From Macrostomum lignano (lineage: Eukaryota), in the NCBI GenBank assembly GCA_002269645.1, contig NIVC01000481.1:414575-478574 (forward strand): 64,000 nucleotides of DNA. Reading direction: 5' to 3'. The position numbers and the translations under genes were made by a program. The notes under the pieces were generated by a model. It had not been told where the DNA came from, made no database searches, and saw nothing but the letters and a program-made list of their open reading frames with translations. Within the stretch, counting starts at the first letter, position 1. The number at the start of each line of letters is the position of its first letter. Of the stretch, positions 1 to 15,407 are shown piece after piece.

Positions 1-829
1 TTATAGCACTACTACAGCATTATAGCGATTCCCTGCAAGCCTCGACATCGTAGGGATTCCCAAATGAATCTCTTAAATTCGACATGAAGCTTCTTTTATT
101 TTTTACATTACGCTTTTTTTTTCAGCGATCCCTCCCCTGAGGAGGCATCAAATAATGTAATAAAAAGTTTTCAATAAACTACATGTAGCTTCTGACTTTA
201 GCCTTGAAATCTTATTTATACCCCCGTGAGCCTTGACATGTCAGCTATTCCCCCCGTAAGCCTTGACATGTCAGCAATGGCCCCCATAAACATTGAAATC
301 TAAAAAATCCCCTGTTAACCTTGAAACCCGATAAAATATAACCCTCAACCCACACCTGACCTAAACCTAACTTTAACCCAACATAAAGCCTTGAAATCTC
401 AGCAATTCTTCTCCCCTAAGCCTTGACATTTTAGTGATTCCTTCTTTAAGAATCACAGCACTATAACGATTTCCACCAAGCTTTGACATCGTAGCAATTC
501 CCAAATGAATCTTTTAACTTCGACATGACTTTTCTTTTATGTATACATAGTGCTACTTTTATTTTTTACATGACTTTTCTTCTATCAGCGCCCCCCCCCC
601 GTGACATGAACTTTGAAGTAGCTTCTGACTTTTGCTTTGACATCTCAGAAACCCCCCCCCCGTAATCTCAGTTATTCTCTGAGAGCCTTTACGTCTCAGT
701 TTTTCTCCCCAGCACAGCACTATAGTTGCATTTAATTTTTACATGAACCCTTCATGTCTGACATGACGTTTCTTTTATTCTACCGTGACGCTTCTTAATT
801 TTTTAAATGACACTTTCATTAGTTTTTAA

Positions 830-1610
830 ATGAGGCTTCTATGATTTTTTCTTGACGCTTCTATGATTTTTACATGACGCTTCTATGATTATTTACATGA
901 CGCTTCTATGATTGTTTACATGATGCTTCTATGATTTTTTACATGACGCTTCTATGATTTTTACACGACGCTTCTATGATTGTTTACATGTCGCTTCTAT
1001 GATTGTTTACATGACGCTTCTATGATTTTTTACATGACGCTTCTATGATTCAATACATGACGCTTCTATGATTGTTTACATGACGCTTCTATGATTTTTT
1101 ACATGACGCTTCTATGATTGTTTACATGACGCTTCTATGATTGTTTACATGACGCTTCTATGATTGTTTACATGACGCTTCTATGATTGTTTACATGACG
1201 CTTCTATGATTGTTTACATGACGCTTCTATGATTGTTTACATGACGCTTCTAAGATTTTTTACATGACGCTTCTACGATTTTTTACATGACGCTTCTATG
1301 ATTTTTTAATGACGCTTCTATGATTTTTTAAATGACGCTTCTATGATTGTTTACATGACGCTTCTACGATTTTTATATGACGCTTCTATGATTTTTTAAA
1401 TGACGCTTCTATGATTGTTTACATGACGCTTCTACGATTTTTATATGACGCTTCTATGATTTTTTAAATGACGCTTCTATGATTGTTTACATGACGCTTC
1501 TATGATTGTTTACATGACGCTTCTAAGATTTTTTACATGACGCTTCTACGATTTTTTACATGACGCTTCTATGATTTTTTAATGACGCTTCTATGATTTT
1601 ACATGACGCA
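830..1610. repeat. 23-bp minisatellite (ATGACGCTTCTATGATTGTTTAC)n, about 34 copies
   Basis: The unit recurs every 23 nt (e.g. TGACGC at 1081 and 1104), with poly-T length variants and degenerate edges. Confidence 0.95.
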
Positions 1611-3227
1611 ATTCTTTTTAAAAAGTCTTTTAGTTTTCCTGACGTTGAAAAGCTTTAATTAAAAAAATTATACTCTATGAAAATTCGAACCATCGTCGCT
1701 GCATTTGGCAGTTCAGTTTGTTCACCTCTAGGCTAGCTCTCATCGTTTTGATAACATGAAATTTTGCACTTAAATAATTCAACACTTTAAAATCCAAGCA
1801 TAGAGTAAATCACACGAAGCAGTTATGACATAATCAGTTTCTCAGTCAGTCAGTATCAGTTAACAATTATGGTTACGCAATTTAAATCAAGTCTGGTGCT
1901 ACGCTTCCACACTGCATTTTCAATTCAAGTCAGAGTTACAATTCAGTTATGATGCAATCTATTTCAGAGTCAGAATTCAACCAGTCAGTTTTTTCTCTAG
2001 CATTCTTACAATGCATTTCAAGTCAAAAAGTTTGCTTGACCTTTGCAAAAAAGCATGTTTTTCGAATATTTAATGCCTTTAGCATCAAGCAATTTCTTAG
2101 CCACGATGCATGTACCGTCACGGGAAAATTTCTGATCGAACAGTGCTAGTTCGAACAAAATCGGTCCAGCCATTTTTTCTCTAATCTATCACATATATAT
2201 ATATATATAGACATCACATTTTTAGTATATAGGATATATAATACTTTCTTGTTCAAACTTATTATTGCTTGTAATAAAGTACAATAACATTCTGGATCCA
2301 TTTGAGGTATAGAGCTCAGCATGACACAAAATTTGAAAATTGGGAAAGTATATTTAAGAGCAAATGTATTATGCTAGGTTGGAAATTGACCAATACTATT
2401 TCAAATTTTTATGTTTTAGCCATTGTTTGACAATTGCATTGGTTAACAAAATGGGATGTCAAAGCTAGTTTTAATACTATATTTTATAAACTTAATTTTT
2501 ATATCTTTACCATTAAAATAAGCTTTAATTATGATATAATGACATTAATAAGCTTTGCAATCCCATTGGGAAATAATTGTCCTTCAACTGTGTCAAATGG
2601 CACATTAAAACAAAAAATGTAAAATAGGCCTCAATTTTACTTTGAAGTTTCTTAGAAAGTTGCATTTCAAAATACTACAATGTTGTTATATTATGTGAAT
2701 ATTATGAATATTTCCTACATTTGATATATTTTGTATATTAGGTATATTGCCATTTGTTTAAAAAAAAGCAGGAAAATTTTCACTATAAAAGGAATCTAGT
2801 TGAAGGCCAAGAAAAATAAACCCTCTTTCTTTTGTTCCACTCATTTGTTTGCTTAGCATTGTATCATTTGCTCCAGTTATTTTATTTGGAGACTAAATCA
2901 TTCAGGCTCAGAATTTGTTCTTATATATTATCTATTTTTGAGATAGCAACTTAAAAACCATCCCAGAATTGGGAGAATTGACTTTGTTCTTAGAGAACAA
3001 GATTTCTAGACTTTAAGTCTGAGAAACCACCTTAGAAGGCAAAATACCTACCAAAGTGTAAGAATATCTAGACCAGGATCTGAGAATCTGCCCCAGGGCA
3101 ATAAACCTACTAGAGTGTAAGCTATGACCTTCTGATCCCAGGAGTGCCTAGGACTCAGAGAATAAAACCATTTAGAGGAGCAAAATAGGAGTATAAAATA
3201 GGGTAGACTGAGCCATAGGACTGCATA

Positions 3228-3335
3228 GACCAGTAGATAAGTACATATGCTACCAGTAGATAAATACATATGTTACTAGTAGACTAATACATATGCTACC
3301 ACTAGATAACTACTTATGCTACCAGAAGTACATTT
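3228..3335. repeat. Short degenerate 23-bp tandem repeat (ACCAGTAGATAAGTACATATGCT), about 4-5 copies
   Basis: Read directly from the sequence; the copies are diverged. Confidence 0.7.
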
Positions 3336-4126
3336 ATAAAAGTACAGGCATTATAGGAATTATTATACCAGCTTAGTGACAGTTGTGGAATGGTTCTAAA
3401 AGGCAAAAATAAGCTCTAGCATAACTTGATAGCAGCTTTTAGGATATTTATAGAGTAAGAAGAAGCAAATATACCACAAAAGTTATTAGTTTTTGCTTAG
3501 GCTTTTTCATAGGTAAGTTGCACTTTTGGTCAAAATATAGGTCAAAAAATGTTAAATTAGAGAGATTGTATATGTATGGTTATGGTTGTAGCCAAATTGT
3601 ATCATTTGTTATATTTAGTATAGAAATATGCTTATTAGCATAATTGTTTCATAACTATGCCAGCTATACTAAAAAGACATTTGAAGATATTCATAAATAT
3701 ACCAACTGACATAGATTGGCATAGTTGGTACAATCTCAGATTTTGCTTTTGCTAAGAATTATTTCCTACCCAGATAGATTGTATGCACTAAATTATTGAT
3801 TAACTAATCAGAAACAACTATTATTTACCAGCATAGGCCCCAATGACTTTAATGAAATTATATTCAACCTTACCCAAAGTGCATTTGTATTTTTCTATAT
3901 TGATCACCTTATTGCTAATTGATAAATAGAGTTAATCAAACTCTAAAGTGAGCACTTTTCTCATTCTTATAATTCAATTTTATTGCCTTAGTTAATAAAC
4001 CTAATCTAGGTATTTTACCTATAATTCTTATAGGAAACAAACTTTAATATGCTAAATTATGTTTACTACAAAAGATAAAAGGAATTAAATATATTGGTTG
4101 TAGGCCTAACAAAAAAGGCAAAAAAT

Positions 4127-5267
4127 TAGTGTTCCGCCGTAATTATGGCTACAGCTATGGCAAATTACGGCTACGACACTTTTGAAGCCGTATTTTCATT
4201 ACGGATTACGGTTACGGACATATTTTGAGCTTACGGTTACGGTTACGAATTACAGAGATTTTTCTAGACTTGCCATAATAGGTAGCCGTAATAAAAATTA
4301 TTTATTTTTAACTGTTTAGTGTTATAAAAGAAAATTTTTTTATATCAACTTCAACCAGTTTTCATTTTGTTTTACTAGTTATTATTATTTTTTACATTTG
4401 TTAAGTTTCTAAATATCTACGAAACTTTTTGAAAATGAAAAATGAATTTTTTCACGAATTTTCTCATTAGGCATACAGCATAGCATAGCATAGCGATAGC
4501 ATGATAGCAGCGAGACAGAGAGAGCCAGTCAAAGCCTACAAGAGACTAAGAATCTGGCATTCTTATTTCTTAGCCATATGTAGCATTTAGCTCCTTAGCA
4601 TAAAAATAGGATATTAGATTTAGATTATGAGGATAAGGATGAAAGAATATTAATAAGGAAATACTAAATAAATACTAATAGGATATGAATATGAATTATG
4701 ATTGAAAATTGATTGAAACCAAAGAAGACAATACAATAGACAATGCAATAAAATGAAAAAGAAAAATGTAACATGCAATTTCTTAGTCATCGGAAATTTT
4801 GAAGCAGTTTTATTTTAACAAATTCATATATTTATTTAATGATATTAAACATACACATTGACCTTGGCACGTCAGTCATAGATTCATATTGTAGCGAAAC
4901 AAACAGAATCACGACACAGAAAACTGAAAAAAGGCACCAAGCACACAATTGCATACAACAATGCTAAAGAATACTTAGATAAAGATATTATATTTACAAA
5001 AAAATAAATGAATATTAATGCATGAACGAACAACAAGTAGGTTTTATTGCTATCCTTTTATCCTTTTTATCTGTCCTTTTCTGTCTGCCCCACTTTACAT
5101 GCAAAAATATCAATTTTTGTTATACATTACGGCTACGGTTACCGCAAATTACAGTTACGGACTTTTTATAGCCTGTAATGATGGAAAAATTCGGCTACGG
5201 AAGTTGCTTCTTTCTTATGGCTACGGTTACAGTTACGGAGGTCAAAACTCGCGGCGGCGGAACACTA
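4127..5267. mobile_element. Non-autonomous hAT-type DNA transposon (1141 bp)
   Basis: Perfect 13-bp TIRs TAGTGTTCCGCCG (4127-4139) and CGGCGGAACACTA (5255-5267). Perfect 8-bp TSD CAAAAAAT (4119-4126 and 5268-5275). Clustered TTACGG/TACGG motifs lie in both subterminal regions. No transposase ORF. Confidence 0.9.
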
Positions 5268-6380
5268 CAAAAAATGTTTTTCTATGGTTTCCCAATGCAT
5301 TTTGTATCTTAGATTGACTTTTTAGGCATTGCTACAAAGGTTTTGACCATGTTGGCTATAATAGATTTATTTTTATTAAAAGATAAAGAATTGAAACAGC
5401 TAAAAAAATATTGCGCCTAGTGGGCATAAAAATTAATTGATAAAAAAAATATTGTCAAAAATATAAAATGGTCATTACAGTGCCTAATAAGCCCTGAGAA
5501 AAATGTATTACAATAATAAAATAAAATTATAGACAAAAGGTTTCTTTCTACTTAAAGTTAGACAAAAATAGGATTTAGCAAATAAAATAAATAGAAAAAT
5601 TTTGTTTTTTGATCTTGAAACATAAAATATTTCATTTTTTCAGTTTTAAAAAATTCCTAGCACTTTGTCTTAGATGTCCTGTTAGACTTTCTAACATATA
5701 TGATACATAAGCTTGAATTTAAAACAAAATTTTAATCGATTTTTAATTTATTTATTATATAACTTATAAGCATTGCCCCAACTTACGAGAAGCAGCATCA
5801 AAATTGTAGCCATAAATGGCAATGTAGTCCACAAGTCTGGACATGAGATTAACTTTATTCTGAATTACAGAATGTGTAGCCAGTGTAAGGGCTTATTTTC
5901 ATTTTTTGGAGAATTGTTGACAATTTAGAATTAAAGTCCTTTTTTAGTAAGTGTAATTATTTTGTCAGGATAAAAATCGAATCTAAAAACTTAAACTAGT
6001 AAAGTACAACCACTTATCAATAATAAGCCTACTAGGCCTATTGGGCTATTACTAATGGTGTAGACTGTAGAGTAGACCTAGGTCTAAGAATTTTATCACA
6101 CAATACGTCTCAAGTAATGACCATTATTATCGCTGTATCTTTAATTAAAATCAATAGTACATCTTAACCCCGAGTATTTAGCAAACAAGAAATGTAGCGC
6201 TAAGTTACCAATACTAGTTGATTACGATAACGTACCTAGTTAAAAAATCACGAAACTAAGTTGCAAAATTTAAATTAGTGCGATTATGGAGTTCGCAGAA
6301 AGCTAAACGCTAACACGAGAAATCCGCAAATATACCATTTAGGACGTGGTTTGATTCTAGCAAATGCATGCCGTCCATAA

Positions 6381-6749
6381 CGAGGGGGCCGTGGCCCAGC
6401 GGTCTAGCGCAGGCTCTGGTGTTCCAGCGACCCAGGCTCGATTCCAAGTGCAGTCACATTAATTTGGGGCTAAATTGGAATCTCGGCTTGGCTCTGCTCA
6501 TGCAATTAACGGCCTTGAGAGCCAACCCCCCAAGGCGCAGTGAAGTGTACATGCCTAACGATAATATAAAGTTAGGGCCGCTGCACACTCCTGTGTGAGT
6601 GTGTGCCTGCGTACGTATCCGCGCGCTTGTATGCCTGCTCAGGGCAGTCGGCGGAATGGGCAGTATAATGCCTCTCGCCGGTTGTGTGCCTATGTCGCTT
6701 AAAGTGCGCCAGGGTGCACACAACCCCCCTGCCTCTAATAAAATAAAAA
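6381..6749 (+). mobile_element. tRNA-derived SINE, family A copy 1
   Basis: A-box TGGCCCAGCGG (6392-6402), B-box-like GGCTCGATTCC (6435-6445), A-rich tail AATAAAATAAAAA, and a 13-bp TSD with one mismatch (ATGCCGTCCATAA 6368-6380, ATGCCGTCTATAA 6750-6762). The body resembles the element at 39578-39928. Confidence 0.8.
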
Positions 6750-7606
6750 ATGCCGTCTATAATAAACCATACTTCAGTCATAGCTGGATATTTTAATGGG
6801 TTATTGTCATTGACACTTGCTTTTGCGTCAGCTTTTGCCTTTAGGGTTTGTTCACCCTGGCCAGCATTAAATAAATGACCTCGGAATCATTGATATTCAA
6901 GTAAAACTGCATGTGTGATCACAGACAATCTGGTCTCGATTGATAGCCGTGTGGACAACCCTTTATCATGTTGAAGAAGCTACTAACGAGACTTCTTATC
7001 TATTATTAATTAAAGAACTCATTGCATCCGATGAACTGTTTAGATGATTCAGAAGAGTTTATTGCAGGAGCAATAGCTAATTTTTGCAAAATTTGTGGCT
7101 TGTTTTATTAGTTAAATGAACATTAATTATCTCGTGCTAATCGGGAGAATCGGAGTTTAGAAAACGTATGAAAGCAGTCCTGCAGCCTAGATGTATGAAT
7201 TTTTTTGATTTGTTGATGATTTGGACATGCATTGGCGTATCCTAGCTATATAGTATAGTGATCGATTTATTTCTTCATGAGGGTGTACAAAGTACACGTA
7301 CATATAAGCTTGCTTAAATAGCAAAGTGTATGTACACATGTTGCAATCGTAACTATAAGCTAGGAACAGCCGGCTCAAGTGAGTGTGCAGTGTACATGTA
7401 AAATTCATGAATATGAAAAATGATTCTATAGTGATGAGAAACAAAAGCTCATACATGTACATGAGAAACAATTACACATACAGTCTTACATACATTTAAT
7501 GTACATCGAACATGTAACATCAGCAGCAGCGTGCGGTTCTTGCCAAAACTGAAACAACATCGATCTGCGATGATCTTTGCTCCCGCGATGCAAGATACTC
7601 GCGTAT

Positions 7607-8302
7607 TTATGGATTATCGTCGTCGGCACTCGGACCGCTAACGACATCGCCAATGAAAATGTCGGCCCTAAAGGCTCCAGTGTCTGGCGATATCATGGAC
7701 GGTCGCTCCTCATCGACAGCTCTTTCAGATTTGATATCCAAGCTGCTCATTGTGGATCGACTTGATATTGAGCCGACGTCTGACTGCTCATATTCAGTGT
7801 TTTCATCGGCGGTTGCAACGTCGCATTCTATTACCAATGATTTCTTGAATTCTTGCTGTTTTGTCGGTTTCAAAATCGTTTCGAGCTGTTGAGCAGCTTG
7901 CTCTCCTTGCTGAGCTGGCAATTGCTGCTTCTGCTGAGTCTTGAGTACCTTGATCTCTTCCACGGCTAACTTGATTTTATTGACAACGAATGCTATGTCA
8001 GGATAGACATGGTCCTTGCTAGTTTGACAGACCGGACTATTTGACGTGCTGATGTACACGTCGAACGAACCGTAAGATCCCATCTCGACTAGCAGATTCT
8101 CAAACGGAAACGATTCAATTTGAAATCGGAGCCGACGATGCAACTCGCGCAGAGCCACCTGGCTCAGGTGATATGTTGAAGTGATGACCCGAACTTCCGG
8201 ATAAAGTGCTTTAGAATCGTCCTGCTGCGGTAGGATTGTAGTCACGGTTGACGGCTTGAACGACTGGCCTCCCGACTTTGATCTCTGATGCTTTGCTGAC
8301 AT
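7607..8302 (-). CDS. Hypothetical 231-aa protein; N-terminal half weakly resembles an Rdx (SelW/SelT/SelH/MIEN1) thioredoxin-like fold lacking CxxC/U
   Basis: Non-repetitive 696-bp ORF with higher GC than its flanks and protein-like composition. The motifs L..L...L....FP, GSFDVYI and SK...YP....VV.KI match Rdx spacing by eye only. Confidence 0.6.
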   Translation of the reverse strand: MSAKHQRSKSGGQSFKPSTVTTILPQQDDSKALYPEVRVITSTYHLSQVALRELHRRLRFQIESFPFENLLVEMGSYGSFDVYISTSNSPVCQTSKDHVYPDIAFVVNKIKLAVEEIKVLKTQQKQQLPAQQGEQAAQQLETILKPTKQQEFKKSLVIECDVATADENTEYEQSDVGSISSRSTMSSLDIKSERAVDEERPSMISPDTGAFRADIFIGDVVSGPSADDDNP

Positions 8303-8596
8303 TTGAGTTGGATGTAAAAGTACACAAATTTTGTGCTTTAATTACAAATTGTTTTCAGAATTGAGATGTTAATTGATTTTATTATACAGCTGAGGCTCAA
8401 CTGAAACTGCAAGTTGAAGCCATAGACAAGAAGCTTTGAAAACTTGACCAATGAAATTCAGAGTTAAAACTCTAATTGGGTGTCAAGGGTCTCCTTATTT
8501 TAATGTATGAGGCTTCGAACTAAGCCTAAGGTTCCGTGTCTGGACTCGACTCTACGCTGCATGGATGGTCAATGGAACCTTTCATTTGCTCTCGCT

Positions 8597-9391
8597 TGAG
8601 CTCACTCATGAACTCACTCATGAACTCACTCATGAACTCACTCATGAACTCACTCTTGAACTCACTCATGAACTCACTCATGAACTCACTCATGAACTCA
8701 CTCATGAACTCACTCATGAACTCACTCATGAACTCACTCATGAACTCACTCATGAACTCATTCATGAACTCACTCATGAACTCACTCATGAACTCACTCA
8801 TGAACTCACTCATGAACTCACTCATGAACTCACTCATGAACTCACTCATGAACTCACTCATGAACTCACTCACGAACTCACTCACGAACTCACTCACGAA
8901 CTCACTCACGAACTCACTCATGAACTCACTCATGAACTCACTCATGAACTCATTCATTATTTCACACATGAACTCACTCATTATTTCACACATGAACTCA
9001 CTCATGAACTCACTCATGAACTCACTCATGAACTCACTCATGAACTCACTCATGAACTCACTCATAAACTCACTCATGAACTCACTCATGAACTCACTCA
9101 TGAACTCACTCATGAACTCACTCATGAACTCACTCATGAACTCACTCACGAACTCACTCATGAACTCACTCATGAACTTACTCACGAACTCACTCATGAA
9201 CTCACTCATGAACTCACTCATGAACTCACTCATGAACTCACTCACGAACTCACTCATGAACTCACTCATGAACTCACTCATGAACTCACTCACGAACTCA
9301 CTCACGAACTCACTCATGAACTCACTCATGAACTCACTCATGAACTTACTCATGAACTCACTCATGAACTCACTCATGAACTCACTCATGA
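8597..9391. repeat. 12-bp minisatellite (GAACTCACTCAT)n, about 66 copies
   Basis: Highly homogeneous array; it produces the spurious (MSEF)n, (LMNS)n and (ELTH)n ORFs. Confidence 0.97.
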
Positions 9392-9989
9392 AATAAAGCC
9401 TTCAGATATTTTTCCATTTATATATTTGTACCGTACTTAGTAAACATAAGTTCTATCGATAGTGAGCTTAACTGACTACTGTTTCAAACTCAGTGGGATA
9501 ACATGAGTTTTTTTACACAACATACATATTCGCCCGATAATGTCATTATTTCGACAAGTCAAGCTGACAGAAACACAAAACTTAATGAAATAAAGTTGGT
9601 TGTCTTTGATACCCAAAACAAGTGAGTGACAGGCTTGTAGTGATTCCAACAGTTCCTGGTAGTTAGTTAGTTAGTCCCTAGGATTGACGTTAGTTAAAAC
9701 AGAACTAACTCCAAATGACACACGTGAAATTGCATGCGCTTATCGGGGTATCAAATGCGGTATTAAAAATTGTGTGCTGAAACCAGCCACAAAATTTTGA
9801 ATGTATCGATCGCGCTGAAATTCCGCAACAGGTCTTTTTGGAATATAAAAATAAAATGCGGATATTCAATACCATTGTTGAGCGGCTATTTTGCTCAATT
9901 TGCCTGAAAGGTGAGGAACAATGTTATTTTAAAAGGTGGTCTGATTTTATTGACGTCAATTTTTGTCATTCCTTGTTCCCGCACCTGCC

Positions 9990-10476
9990 TGTTTGTCTCT
10001 AGACCTGTCTGTTTATCCCTAGACCTGTTGTCTGTTTATCCATAGACCTGTCTGTTTATCTCTAGACCAGTCTGTTTATCCCTAGACCTGTCTGTTTATC
10101 CCTAGACCTGTTGTCTGTTTATCCCTAGGCCTGTCTGTTTATCCCTAGGCTGTCTGTTTATCCCTAGGCCTGTCTGTTTATCCCTAGACCTGTCTGTTTA
10201 TCCCTAGACCTGTCTGTTTATCCCTAGACCTGTCTGTTTGTCCCTATACCTGTCTGTTTATCCCTAGACCTGTTGTCTGTTTATCCCTAGACCAGTCTGT
10301 TTATCCCTAGACCTGTCTGTTTATCCCTAGACCTGTCTGTTTGTCCCTAGACCTGTCTGTTTATCCCTAGACCTGTTGTCTGTTTATCCCTAGACCTGTC
10401 TGTTTATCCCTAGACCTGTCTGTTTATCCCTAGACCTGTTGTCTGTTTATCCCTAGACCTGTCTGTTTATCCCTAC
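9990..10476. repeat. 20/23-bp minisatellite (CCTAGACCTGTCTGTTTATC)n
   Basis: 20-bp unit with a 23-bp variant carrying an extra GTT. Confidence 0.92.
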
Positions 10477-10818
10477 ACAATTCTATCACACGGGTTATCC
10501 AAATCAAGAATTTATTGATCAAAATTTCACACGTCAACGTCATATGCTTTCCATCATATCGATTTTTCTCGGTTCATATCACCATACATCTGAGCATCGC
10601 TTGGGGCATACAGGAATTTTTATTTTGCCTTTTCTGCCACTTTATTGCCCTTCTCTTTTGCCAGCCAATCAAGCGACAGGTAACTCACTGAATCCGGAGA
10701 CTCTACTAAACCAACCCGATGCTTAGATATAAACTTGAGCGACCATTCAAACTTGGCATTGTAGAAAGCTTGCTCAGCCACCTAGCAGACTCAAAGTTTT
10801 CTCAACTCATAGCTCGAC

Positions 10819-13743
<2,925 letters not shown>

Positions 13744-13762
<19 letters not shown>

Positions 13763-14095
13763 GCCAGCCTCCCAGATCCTCAGTTGCTGGGCCAGCCTCC
13801 CAGATCCTCAGTTGCTGAGCCAGCCTCCCAGATCCTCAGTTGCTGGGCCAGCCTCCCAGATCCTCAGTTGCTGAGCCAGCCTCCCAGATCCTCAGTTGCT
13901 GGGCCAGCCTCCCAGATCCTCAGTTGCTGGGCCAGCCTCCCAGATCGTCAGTTGCTGGGCCAGCCTCCCAGATCCTCAGTTGCTGGGCCAGCCTCCCAGA
14001 TCGTCAGTTGCTGGGCCAGCCTCCCAGATCCACAGTTACCGGGCCAGCCTTCCAGTTCTTCAGTTGCTTGGCACCAGCCTCCAAGATCCTCAGCT
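13744..14095. repeat. 28-bp minisatellite (CAGATCCTCAGTTGCTGGGCCAGCCTCC)n
   Basis: About 12 copies. The first unit overlaps the GPCR read-through stop codon. The same unit recurs at 14897-15100 and 62680-63280. Confidence 0.92.
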
Positions 14096-14331
14096 GACTG
14101 ATGCCGGAGAGCGCCTCAGTCATGGCAGACTCCCGCATTTCCATTTTAGGCAACGGAAAGTTTCGACAGCAGACGGAGCAAGAGATGTCCTTGCAACATT
14201 CAGCCCTTCAGGGGAATTAAGTTCACCATTTTCTGCTTGGCTGGAGGAACTGAGCTAAAAGAACGGATTTTACACTCGGAATTCAACACTTTGAGTTCTA
14301 AATGGCCATTTCATATTTAGCGACGCCCCAT

Positions 14332-14825
14332 CGATATTGTGTCTGTGCCCCAGCAGTATAAACACATTGATATGTCTGTGCCCCAGCAGTATAAACACAT
14401 TGATATCCTTGATATTGTGTCTGTGCCCCAGCAGTATAAACACATTGATATCCTTGATATTGTGTCTGTGCCTCAGCAGTATAAACAAATTGATATCCTT
14501 GATATTGTGTCTGTGCCCCAGCAGTATAAACACATTGATATCCTTGATATTGTGTCTGTGCCCCAGCAGTATAAATACATTGACATCCTTGATATTGTGT
14601 CTGTGCCCCAGCAGTATAAATACATTGACATCCTTGATATTGTGTCTGTGCCCCAGCAGTATAAATACATTGACATCCTTGATACTGTGTCTGTGCCCCA
14701 GCAGTACAAACACATTGATATCCTTGATATGTGTTTGTGCCCCAGCAGTATAAACACATTGATATCCTTGATATTGTGTCTGTGCCCCAGCAGTATAAAC
14801 ACATTGATATCCTGGATATTGTGCA
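14332..14825. repeat. 45-bp minisatellite (TGTGTCTGTGCCCCAGCAGTATAAACACATTGATATCCTTGATAT)n
   Basis: 15-codon periodicity (DIVSVPQQYKHIDIL) in the ORF track; about 11 copies. Confidence 0.92.
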
Positions 14826-14896
14826 TTAACTTAGCAATTAATGATGTCTAAACAAATAAACTGAAGATTTAATTCTTCTCAGATTTTCTATTGATG

Positions 14897-15100
14897 AGCC
14901 AGCCTCCCAGACCATCTTCAGTTGCTGGACCAGTCTCCCAGATCCCCAGTTGCTGGGCCAGCCTCCCAGATCCTTAGTTGCTGGGCCAGTCCCCCCAGAT
15001 CCTTAGTTGCTGGGCCAGCCTCCCAGATCCTTAGTTGCTGGGCCAGTCCCCCCAGATCCTTAGTTGCTGGGCCAGTCCCCCCAGATCCTTAGTTGCTCGG
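14897..15100. repeat. Second block of the 28-bp CAGATCCTYAGTTGCTGGGCCAG minisatellite
   Basis: Same unit as 13744-14095. Confidence 0.88.
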
Positions 15101-15407
15101 CCAGTTTTGCCAGGCAAAGACAGGCCTGCAAGTTCATAGGTACAGCCGAGGGAAGATGCAGGCAAGCCAGACAAAGGCGAAGCAACCCATGGGCTTTTTC
15201 TTGTTGAGTAGCTGTTTAGTTAGAAGACTTCTGCTGCGTGTTTTTCTGCGTGGCCTGAAGAAAATGTTTTCACATAAGGATCGGACTCAAATGCCGTCAA
15301 TCTTAAAACAGGGAGAGAAAGTGAGTTCCAAACTGAGAAAATGAGTTCCATCTGATACAAGAATGTAAACAAAACCAAGGTGTCAGTCGGCTCATGAACG
15401 GCCTAAA

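Noticed and set aside
8-550. Diverged direct repeat of about 100 bp (8-110 versus 452-547) as a mobile-element end
   Set aside because: Truncated by the window edge; no TIR, TSD or coding evidence.
6385-6455. Functional tRNA genes at 6385, 26245 and 39860-39928
   Set aside because: A/B boxes are present but the acceptor and anticodon stems do not pair convincingly. Each continues into a SINE body, and two have TSDs.
8526-9440. Long ORFs (MSEF)n, (LMNS)n and (ELTH)n as protein-coding genes
   Set aside because: They arise from a stop-free 12-bp unit open in several frames on both strands; there is no unique coding content.
9721-9958. E-box CACGTG (9721) and CRE TGACGTCA (9951) upstream of the melatonin-like receptor as circadian or cAMP elements
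   Set aside because: A single 8-mer and a 6-mer are expected by chance in 64 kb, and the TSS is unknown.
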